43,792 bases of DNA from assembly GCA_964441035.1 (NCBI GenBank), contig CAYYKF010000001.1:1-43792 (forward strand). Reading direction: 5' to 3'. Source of the DNA: an uncultured Candidatus Poseidoniales archaeon (GTDB lineage Archaea; Thermoplasmatota; Poseidoniia; Poseidoniales; Thalassarchaeaceae). Of the stretch, positions 24,873 through 34,300 are shown one piece after another (position 1 is the stretch's first letter; each line of letters opens with the position of its first letter). The position numbers were made by a program, and so were the translations under genes. A model generated the notes under the pieces. It was not told the origin of the DNA. It saw nothing but the letters and a program-made list of their open reading frames with translations, and ran no database searches.

Positions 24873-25730
24873 ATGACGAACTGGCCCACAATGGAAGCCA
24901 TGACAAACAACCTAGTGAACTATGGTGTAACTGACAATGGAATTGCGATTATCGAACTTTCATCTGATTCAGCAGGTGAGCCATGGGTAGAGGGGAAGAC
25001 CTCAGTAAACACGTACACCCATGCAATGATGCGAGACATCGATGAAGCAGTGTTGAAAGCTCGATTCGATGATGATGTGACTGTCATCATCTTGACTGGA
25101 CACGGAGAGAAGTTCTTCTCAGCAGGAGCTAGTATTTCGATGCTAGATTCTGTCACACCCGGATTCAAGTACTTCTTTTGCCTACATGCAAATGAAACAC
25201 TGAGTCGCCTAGAACAAACACCAAAATTGGTTATCGCAGCCCTGAATGGCCATGCTGTTGGTGGTGGCCTTGAGATTGCCATGGCAGCAGATATCAGAAT
25301 TGGGCGCAAGGATGCTGGACAAGTCGGCCTACCTGAAGTATCACTAGGAGTCTTGGCCGGAACTGGTGGTACCGCACGACTTTCACGGCTCGTTGGCAAA
25401 GCCAAGTCCATGGAAATCATGGTGACTGGTCGAAAATTCTCCTATGAGGAAGCGATGGAAATGGACCTTGTTCACGATGTGTGGGATGGAAGTAATGACC
25501 AATTCCGACAAGACATTTTAGATTATGCAAGCCAATTCACTTTGCCATTCGCTGCGAGTAAAGCGATTGGAAATATCAAACGCAGTGTGCAAAGCGGGAT
25601 GGAAATACCTCTTGAATACCACCTTGCACTTGAACGCGAATTGCAATCCGACCTTTTCCAAAGTAGCGATGCTAAGACGGGTATTGCTGCGTATGTAGAA
25701 AAGAAGACGCCTCGCTTTGAGGGTGCATAA
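24873..25730 (+). CDS. Enoyl-CoA hydratase/isomerase (crotonase family)
   Basis: FFSAGASI, ALNGHAVGGGLEIAMAADIRIG, and the oxyanion-hole and catalytic Glu region of crotonases. The start could be the ATG at 24900. Confidence 0.85.
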   Translation: MTNWPTMEAMTNNLVNYGVTDNGIAIIELSSDSAGEPWVEGKTSVNTYTHAMMRDIDEAVLKARFDDDVTVIILTGHGEKFFSAGASISMLDSVTPGFKYFFCLHANETLSRLEQTPKLVIAALNGHAVGGGLEIAMAADIRIGRKDAGQVGLPEVSLGVLAGTGGTARLSRLVGKAKSMEIMVTGRKFSYEEAMEMDLVHDVWDGSNDQFRQDILDYASQFTLPFAASKAIGNIKRSVQSGMEIPLEYHLALERELQSDLFQSSDAKTGIAAYVEKKTPRFEGA

Positions 25731-25744
25731 ACGGAGGTTTGCAC

Positions 25745-26905
25745 ATGAGTACTACTGATGTTGTTGAGCAATACCAACCCAATTTTGAGGCTTGGATTGA
25801 TCAATTCAACGAATGGCAAACACGCATTGGTTTTGATCCAGCATGGCTAGGTGATTATCGATTTGAAATAAAATTCGATTGGGATACAGCAGGCGATACC
25901 ATTGAGTTCGGCGACTTTGAAGGAATGCCAAAGTGGGAACGTAGGATGCAAGTTCCTCAACAGACAGTGCGTGATGCAATAATCAGCATGGTAAGTGTGC
26001 AAGGCGACACCGAATTCGCAAGCGTGGAACAGCAATGGCATCTATTGGATACTGCACCCACAGAGTATGACAAAAAATCTGCAATGCGAATCATGTGTGA
26101 AGAACAACGTCATGGATGGCAAATGGCCTATGTCCTTTGCAACTATTTCGGAGATCAAGGTGTTCGTGAGGCTCAGAAATTACTTGAGCGGAACTCATCG
26201 GCCAATCCCATTCGAGGAGAAGAAGATCGTCCAAGGTTGCTCGGTTCCTTCAATGAGCCAATTGACCACTGGTTGGACTTCTTCATGTTCACCCACTTCA
26301 TTGATCGAGATGGAAAATTTCAACTCAAGATGCTCAGCACATCATCGTTCAAACCTCTTGCTGCAAGCATGGGGCCGATGCTAAAAGAAGAGTCATTCCA
26401 CCTAGGAACCGGTGCCAACGGGATTCGTAGAATTGTGAATCAGGGTGTAATCCCATGTGCTCTCATCCAGAAGTATGTCAACAAGTGGGTAAGCACTGGA
26501 TTGGACCTCTTTGGTGTCGATGAATCTACATCAGCACAGTGGGCATACGTGTATGGAATCAAAGGTCGATACGATGAACGCGAAAATAAAGCGGATGCGG
26601 ATCGCGAGCACCTCAATGAGGAAAGTCGTGCGCTTTATTTCAATGAACTAAATTTAGAGATGGAACGCATCAACGCTCGACGAAAAGATGGAGAAAATGC
26701 ACTATTCATTCCTTCTGACAAGTTTAACCGAAGTGTTGGAATGTACCAAGGTAAACGATTCAATCTACACGGTGATCCATTTGAAGGAGGGGATGAAGAA
26801 TGGAATCAATATCTCCATTCTGTCCTACCAAATGATGATGATGAAGCACAACTTCAAGAATATTTCAAAGAAGAGTGGATTCAATATCGCGAATGGAAGG
26901 AGTGA
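25745..26905 (+). CDS. Diiron-carboxylate oxygenase of the BoxB/PaaA (aryl-/acyl-CoA epoxidase) family
   Basis: Two E...ExxH-type half-sites: TEFASVE...x24...CEEQRHG and FIDRDG...x25...LKEESFHLGTG. The carboxylate and His spacings are those of ferritin-like diiron oxygenases, and the second site starts with Asp as in BoxB. GGAGG lies 8 nt upstream of the ATG at 25745. Confidence 0.6.
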   Translation: MSTTDVVEQYQPNFEAWIDQFNEWQTRIGFDPAWLGDYRFEIKFDWDTAGDTIEFGDFEGMPKWERRMQVPQQTVRDAIISMVSVQGDTEFASVEQQWHLLDTAPTEYDKKSAMRIMCEEQRHGWQMAYVLCNYFGDQGVREAQKLLERNSSANPIRGEEDRPRLLGSFNEPIDHWLDFFMFTHFIDRDGKFQLKMLSTSSFKPLAASMGPMLKEESFHLGTGANGIRRIVNQGVIPCALIQKYVNKWVSTGLDLFGVDESTSAQWAYVYGIKGRYDERENKADADREHLNEESRALYFNELNLEMERINARRKDGENALFIPSDKFNRSVGMYQGKRFNLHGDPFEGGDEEWNQYLHSVLPNDDDEAQLQEYFKEEWIQYREWKE

Positions 26906-26922
26906 ATTCCCCGGGTGATATC

Positions 26923-27483
26923 ATGCAGGCCCACGCCCTGCTCAGTGTTGATCGTGAACGGTTACGGCCGTTCTTTGAACGAGTACCAGAATTGTTTGAT
27001 GCTCATCACAATCACGAAAGTCAGAATCCAAAGGGATACGAGGAACTGCTCTATCGTGTCTATCGGCCTTACACGAGTAGTATGCTCGATATGATTGATG
27101 AATGGATGGGACATGAGAAACGGAGTTGGCACAGCGATATAGAGAGAGAAGTGATGCTAATGCTATACGCTATTCGTTATCCTGATACGCTGCTACTTGA
27201 GAGCCTATCAGATGAAGCAGAATTAGATGTTCGACGAATATCTGGTTACCTTCACTTCATGAAGCACACTTACACAATTTGGGACGAAGATACACGTAAA
27301 GGATTGGAGAAACTTGGCATATTGATTCCCACAACAGATCAAGCGGACCCATTCATCTATGGTGCATATATTTCAGCGATTGAACTTCTCAAGGACCTGG
27401 CGCCGTTTTACTCATTCTTGGAGCATGATGTACCACGTCAACGACTCTTCCAATCGGCCTTAGCAGCGTACGGAAGGGAGTGA
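26923..27483 (+). CDS. Hypothetical helical protein (186 aa) between the oxygenase and the dehydrogenase
   Basis: GGTGAT lies 5 nt upstream of the ATG at 26923. Composition is all-helical. No motif recognised. It is tightly packed between neighbours (18 nt and 4 nt gaps). Confidence 0.5.
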   Translation: MQAHALLSVDRERLRPFFERVPELFDAHHNHESQNPKGYEELLYRVYRPYTSSMLDMIDEWMGHEKRSWHSDIEREVMLMLYAIRYPDTLLLESLSDEAELDVRRISGYLHFMKHTYTIWDEDTRKGLEKLGILIPTTDQADPFIYGAYISAIELLKDLAPFYSFLEHDVPRQRLFQSALAAYGRE

Positions 27484-27487
27484 TGAA

Positions 27488-28378
27488 ATGGAGATTCAAA
27501 CCGTTGCCGTCATCGGTGCAGGTACCATGGGCGCCGGAATCGCTCAGATGTGCGCTCAGGCTGGATGGACGACTAATCTCTACGACGCATTTCCTGAAGG
27601 CCTTGCGAAGGGCATGGAAACCATCGATGCATTCTGGGACAAGGGAATTGCTCGAGGAAAAACCACACCGGAGCAGAAAGCAGAATGGAAACAGAATTTG
27701 TACGCAGTCTCTGACATGAGAGAAGCAGTAGCAGACGCTGACCTCGTCATTGAAGCAGTGCCGGAGATTGTTTCACTAAAACATGAGATTTTTACAAAAC
27801 TCGGGAAGATGACTCCTAAACACTGCGTGCTGGCAACGAATACATCGGGCCTATCGATTACCGATATTGCTGAAGCAAGTGGGCGAGGCGACAAAGTCAT
27901 CGGCATGCATTTCTTCAATCCAGTTCCATTGATGAAACTGTTAGAACTCATCCGCGCGGATTCGACAAGCGATGAAACCGCTGCTCTGGCAGAATCTGTA
28001 GGTGCTACGATGGGAAAGACGACCATCATGGTGAATGATATCGCAGGCTTCGCGACCTCACGCTTGGGAGTTGTTCTCGGAAACGAAGCCATCAGGATGC
28101 TCGCCGAAGGTGTGGCGAGCGCGTCTGACATCGATACTGCCATGGTTCTCGGTTATCGTCATCCAATGGGGCCATTGGAACTGACCGATCTTGTCGGTCT
28201 TGATGTCCGCCACCATATTTTGAACAACCTTGCTGATGCGCACGGTGATGAGCGATATCGTCCTCATCCCTTGCTAGCTACTCTAGTTGAAGCTGGAGAC
28301 CTCGGAAAAAAGACTGGAAGGGGGCTCTACGATTGGTCAGACGGTGAGAAAAGAAATCGAGAGGATTTACCTCTCTAA
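27488..28378 (+). CDS. 3-hydroxyacyl-CoA dehydrogenase (Hbd/PaaH type)
   Basis: [15 protein letters not shown] Rossmann motif, [26 protein letters not shown], and the C-terminal dimerisation domain. Confidence 0.9.
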   Translation: MEIQTVAVIGAGTMGAGIAQMCAQAGWTTNLYDAFPEGLAKGMETIDAFWDKGIARGKTTPEQKAEWKQNLYAVSDMREAVADADLVIEAVPEIVSLKHEIFTKLGKMTPKHCVLATNTSGLSITDIAEASGRGDKVIGMHFFNPVPLMKLLELIRADSTSDETAALAESVGATMGKTTIMVNDIAGFATSRLGVVLGNEAIRMLAEGVASASDIDTAMVLGYRHPMGPLELTDLVGLDVRHHILNNLADAHGDERYRPHPLLATLVEAGDLGKKTGRGLYDWSDGEKRNREDLPL

Positions 28379-31300
28379 TCAAATCAGATCATCTAGAAAG
28401 GATGTATCGACATCATTCCCTTCTGCCATGGAAGGAAGATCATCAGCAGTACTTGCAGCAGGATTCATTGAAGGAACTTCGGTTAACGGTGGATTGTGCA
28501 TTGGCAATGGATCATCTTCAGTTGATTTCCAAAGGTCATTGGTCCGATCCATGTCGCCAGATACAAGGCTTGATTGATCCAGATTGAAATCATCTTTACT
28601 GCGAGCTCTACGCAAAACAAAGAATGTAGTGATTGCTGCGAGAACAATCAATACTCCAACAAGAGCAAGAACAAGACTCATCACTGAGAATAAGTCATCA
28701 GAAGATTCTGTGCCAACACCAAATGGTGGCACCTCCAAAGGAGAGACTTGGATAATTTCGCCTGCTGCATGGTCATTGGTGACTGCAATCCACCAATACT
28801 TAGACGAGTCAATCGGTTCTCCATTGATTGTCGTGATTATGAATGTGTCATCTCGTATATTCACAGCAATTTGAACAGACTCCCCAGTGACTGTAAATCG
28901 TGAATCTGATATGTAAATCGAAAGTCCAGCCCTTGCAGATTCTGTGCGATCCCAGGTAATCTCCAATGCAGTTCCATTGTATATCCATTCCGCGGTTAAA
29001 TCAGAAACTGGTGACTCAACTTCCACTGGTTCAGCATCTGCAATCGGTGTCATCGAAGCGGGTAGGATGTCTGCACAATTGACATTGGCAGAGGCATCCA
29101 CTGCGACAATTGCAACTGTCACCTGCTCAGTAGGCTCGAGGAAACGGCCACTGGAATAGCGATCCAGTAACAAGGGTTGCTCCGCGTCCACAGGGAGGAG
29201 CATCGCTGGTTGTAATTCACATGTCTCCTCGTAGTAGTAAGATTCCACATAAATCGCATACCAAGCGACATCATCCGCACCTGAAGGGGTGAATTCCATC
29301 CATAGAGCGTTGCCGTAATCATTCACCACATCGGACAGCGTTGGACGGTCCATTCGAGGTGGTGCCTCTGTATCTCTTAGATCATCAATCGGCATCACTG
29401 AAGTGGTTACGAGCGAATCTAGGAAGACGTTCCCATCTCCATCATGAGCAGAGACGGAAACAAACAATTCGACGTCTGGCTGGATTTGGAGACGGATACC
29501 CATATTCAGAGAATCCCCATACAATGCTTTGTCAATCACCATTGTATCGGATATTCCGGCAACCATGACCATCTCTGCGCATGTATCGAGATAGAAGGAA
29601 CAGCGTGACCACATGCTGGAGACATCAGACACATCATGTTCCGATACCCAAACCGTGTAGTGGACTACATCTGAATCAATTGAAGGTGTCCAACTGACTT
29701 CAATCGCGTGTCCAGAATCACTCGGGATATCACTTGCACTAACGCTCTCTACGCGCGCGGGCGCATCTGTCTCTCGTAAATCTGCCAAAGGCATGCCTTC
29801 ATCCCAGGGGCTATTCTCTGGGTCTGCATTCAGATTGGTATCATAAGCTACGACTGTCACCCAATATGCTTGGCCGTCATCAAGACCTCCGATCATTGTG
29901 TCGGTATTCTCACAACCCTCAATCCATTCAACGACTGGGGCCTCATCTGCACTTACCGGAGGCCATGCTCCGCTTACTGGTGTCAGATGTACTGCGTACA
30001 ATGCGCAGTCATCAGCCTCAGACTCTGCCCAAGATATGTCAAGCACACCACCTGAATCATCAGGATGGTCTTCTGCGAGAACCCAGTCAAGAGGTTCAGG
30101 GGCATCTGTATCATTCTCAAGTGAGGTCGAGATTGGACCAATTATGAGTGGATTCGGTAAGTCGATTTGCCAAGCAGTATCGACACAGTAAATTCGAGCC
30201 CAAACAGGGGTGCCAAGCAAGGGGATGCTGGTGGAATTATCTCCTGAAGCAGGGTTTACGTCCTCACCCTGCCATCCAGAACTGAACGAATCAAGGGGTT
30301 CAAGCGGGCTTATGGAGTAATCGAACTGGCTAAATTGATAATCTAGAGCACTGCAATACTCCCATTCAACTAGGACCTCGGTATCACTGAGTTCGGTGTT
30401 CGCCCATGAGGGTGCGAGCGGGATGTCATCGAAAGGTGATACTGGTCCAATTGTATTGCTTGAGTTAGAGTGGTTGCCATTGCTGTAAACAACCTCGACC
30501 CAAGCAGTGTATCCTTCCGCGTCATCCAGTCCGGTTATTACCGTCTGGACGTCGAATCGTGAGGGAATTGTAATCGAGTTTGGAGTTTGTTCGTTTGCGC
30601 CAATATAATACAATTCATAGGCAGAAAAACCGGTCTCAAGCGTTGGTGTCCACATCGCAACAAGTGCATCCCCGCCATCATTCGGTCGGTCTTCAAGAAG
30701 CAACATCTGAACAGGGCTGTCGGAAGGAATCGCAGTGTAGGTCAGACGGACTTTAATCGAACCATTGGACGGTGAATCGAAGCGGAGATGTAAATCATGA
30801 CCTGTGCTGTTTGTATCACCAAAGGCGACCGCTTCTAGGAGAGCACGCATGGCTGATTCTGAATTTGCTATATTCCACGTACCAGAATAATCGACTTGAG
30901 TCGTGCGTGCCCAAACAGCAGCACCTTCGATATCACTGCTGAAAATGAGTGGAACCTCTGCAAGTGAAAGTGCATCATTCTCTTCACCCACGAGCACACC
31001 CGTACCCAAATCAAGTGTGATGGAATTATCCGGTCGAGCGGCGGTCGTGATGTCGGTCATCTCAACACCGATTGTCGCGCGAAGAGGTGTTGCGCGCTTG
31101 TCGACAACCTGCGGCATCATTTCGTAACCTGGAGAAGGTCCAAAGGGCCGTACACCATCCTCACCTGCAGCAACCCAAGTTCCGTATTGACCCTGGAAAG
31201 TCGCAATGATTCCAGGTGCACCCGTTGAATTGATTACAGGATGGCCAACACCTTGCACTGAAATTCGATGCATCAATCCGGTCGTACCTGCAAGTAGTGT

Positions 31301-34300
31301 CTGGCCATTGCTGGATAGGCTGGTGATTGGCCAACCATTGGTATCAGAAGCCACAGCCCCGTTCTCCATCTGATTGGTTATCGCATTCCAATGTGACAAA
31401 GGCTCCTCCTCTGTCGCGATGTGAACACCCCATCCATCTGCAGCAATAGCAGTAACATCGTTACTTGGCAATGAGTCTGCATGATACTGTAAGAGTGCGT
31501 TTCGGTCAACTCCACGAACCTGTGTAGCGCCCGGTCTTGTTGGACCGAAGCCATCATGGCTAGCATAGAGTAAGCCTCCTGCACTCGCGATGTCCGCTGT
31601 AGAAGTCCCTGTCAATCCTTGATTTCTAGTTAGGCATTGTTGCACATTTGGCATTGATGTTACAGGTGAGGATGGATTAACCGCACAGAGTCCACCAAAG
31701 GTGGCTACCCAAAGTTCTCCCCCAGCTATTTCCAACCCGCGTACATCTGAAGAAGGAAGACCCGCAGCCACACTGACAGTAGGCCCCCAACTGTTTGCTG
31801 CGATATCCCACGAACCAACACCGCCCGGAGTAGCAAACCACACGCTGCCATCATACTCCACCACATCTTCTACAATCGGAGATGGTAAACCTGGAATTAA
31901 CGCGCCATCAATGAACTGTTCATTGTTCAAATCAAACACAGCCACGCCAGCAGCCATTTCTACAGCACTAAGGCCAATGACAAGATCACCATCATGCAGT
32001 GTCATGAAAGAGAGACTTTCGTGAGAGGCTGGTGGCATTGCACCGATGTCTCCAGTAGACAAATCAATGCGATGAAGCCCAGAATTTCGAGTCGTAACCC
32101 AAAGCAATCCATCTTGTAGGAATAAGCGTTCAATCGAAGCATAATCCAACTCCCACGAACGGGCCCAATCGACATCTCCGTTTGCCAATATTGTGCCTTC
32201 CAAAATCGTTGATGCCCCATCAGTTCGGGCTGAACCTGACGACAAGAATGCCGCATAAACATGGGAACTGTTGCCTGCAAAATGTCTCACACGACCATCA
32301 GTCATACCGGTCCAAGCACCCATGGTACCGAAATCATCGCCCAAGGAGTTGAACATCTTCGCGCGCCCGGGACCATTCGCACCAGGTTGAGCAACCAACC
32401 AATCAACTGAATTTCCTGGTAATTGGGGATAAGGAACAATCGAAGTCGTACTGATTCCATGATCGACACTTCGTCCATTACCGGTCCAATCACCTAGGAC
32501 TGGAATAGTAGAAAATGACCCCTCTGAATTGAAGTCGCCACCTTGCACATGACCAAACGCGAGGATGCTGTTTGCCCAATACATGGCATCGTGTGCAACA
32601 CCAGACCAACCCATGTCAAAATCATCAGGATAAATTGGATCCATCCATTCCTCTTCGCCGTAATCATATCTTTGAATTCCAAATTCTCCTTCTTCCGTGC
32701 CAACATAGAGGATATCTTCAGTATCACAAGCAAGCGCTGTAACTGAGGCCCAATACAAGCCATCTTGCTCCTGTCGACCGCCATTGTCGAAATCGAATTC
32801 AAATTCAGATTCAAAGGGCTCTAGCCATTCGTTCTGAATTGGGTCATAACGAGCAATTCCTCCTTCACCATCCCAAACTTCACCATAAAATCCGAAATGG
32901 ATGATATCAGCACACATCTCAATCGTGATTCCTGTTCCATCTGGAATCTCATCCGTGCTTGAACCTGACCAAGTCATCCATTGATTGGTCGAACCATTCA
33001 ATCTGTGTATTTGAGATGATGAACTCGACGAAGAAGACTTGGTAATCATCCACAAATCATCACCGATAACCTCGAGAGAACGGACATTGTTTGAGGCGGA
33101 GGGTGGTAACCCATCACCGGCCTCCCATGGGTCAACAAAATTCCAATTTGAGGTGGAGACGCGAAGGACACCATCTGGTGATGCCAACAATCCATATCCA
33201 TCCCATGTCACCGCAGCCCTAATCGGACCCTCAAGAGAAGGTTCGCTTTCTACCGTGCCATCAAGCCACATCATGCGATGATAATCATCTCCGAAGGAAG
33301 ACAATATGATGCAAGACTCTGAATCTGCTAGAATACTCGTAGAATCACAATCGCCTAGGAAAGCAACCAAACCTTCGTCTTCTACCGAACTCTCTGGCTC
33401 AATATCATCGAGCCATTGTTCTGCATTTGCGTCCCAACGTGCAATACCTGCTGGGTCATTACTCCAGTGGTATGAGTTGGGCTTGCCAATACCAATCCAA
33501 AGTTCATCTCCGCGTACATTCTCCATACCGATGATTGAAAGTTGATTTTGGTTTGGAGACAGGAAGGAAGGTCGTAAGTCACTCAACTTTTCTTCGGAAT
33601 CCACATCATAACGAAATACACGTGTTGCAGGTTGTCCAAAGCCTTGGTTACCGCCTCCACCGCCTCCTGGTCTTTGACGGCCTTCAGTTCCATCTTCACC
33701 GTCTTCCGACTGGAGGATGAAATCAAAATCATCACCATCGAATATATCGGTAAACGTGTCCAAATTTCTACGCTCAGGAGGCGTTTCAAGATAATGTAGT
33801 ACTTCATCGATTCGAACCAATTGTTGTGGGGCACGTGGTGAAACCCTTGGATCACTATCATCATCCCAATTGTTCAGTTGATTGCCATTTCGCATATCTA
33901 ACTCGACCAAACCAAAATCACCACCGACCCAAAGGTGCTCGGATGAGATATCATCGCTCAGAGCTGTCACACCATTATTCGGCAATTGGCCTGATGCAGC
34001 ATTCCATGGTGACAACCACTGCTGTGTATCAAGGTCATATCGAGCAACCCCTATTCCATCGACTGCTAGATGCGCAACATCATTCCAGACAACGACTGGT
34101 GTGTTCCATGTCGAACCACCAGTGGACCAAGATTGTAGGATGGTCTCATTCAATGTATCAATGAGATACGCGCCATGGTCTGTTGAAACGTAAATTCGAT
34201 TGGGAGAAGGAATTGTTAGAGAATTACCGTCAGTGGTATCGATTTCAATGTTAGACCGGGGATTTGAGTTCCAACAGGTAATGAGGGAAAGGTCATCGCG

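Noticed and set aside
24920-25420. 166-aa minus-strand ORF
   Set aside because: It is antisense to the crotonase gene, with a Pro/Ser/Ala-rich translation.
27580-28143. 187-aa minus-strand ORF
   Set aside because: It is antisense to the 3-hydroxyacyl-CoA dehydrogenase gene, so it is a shadow ORF.
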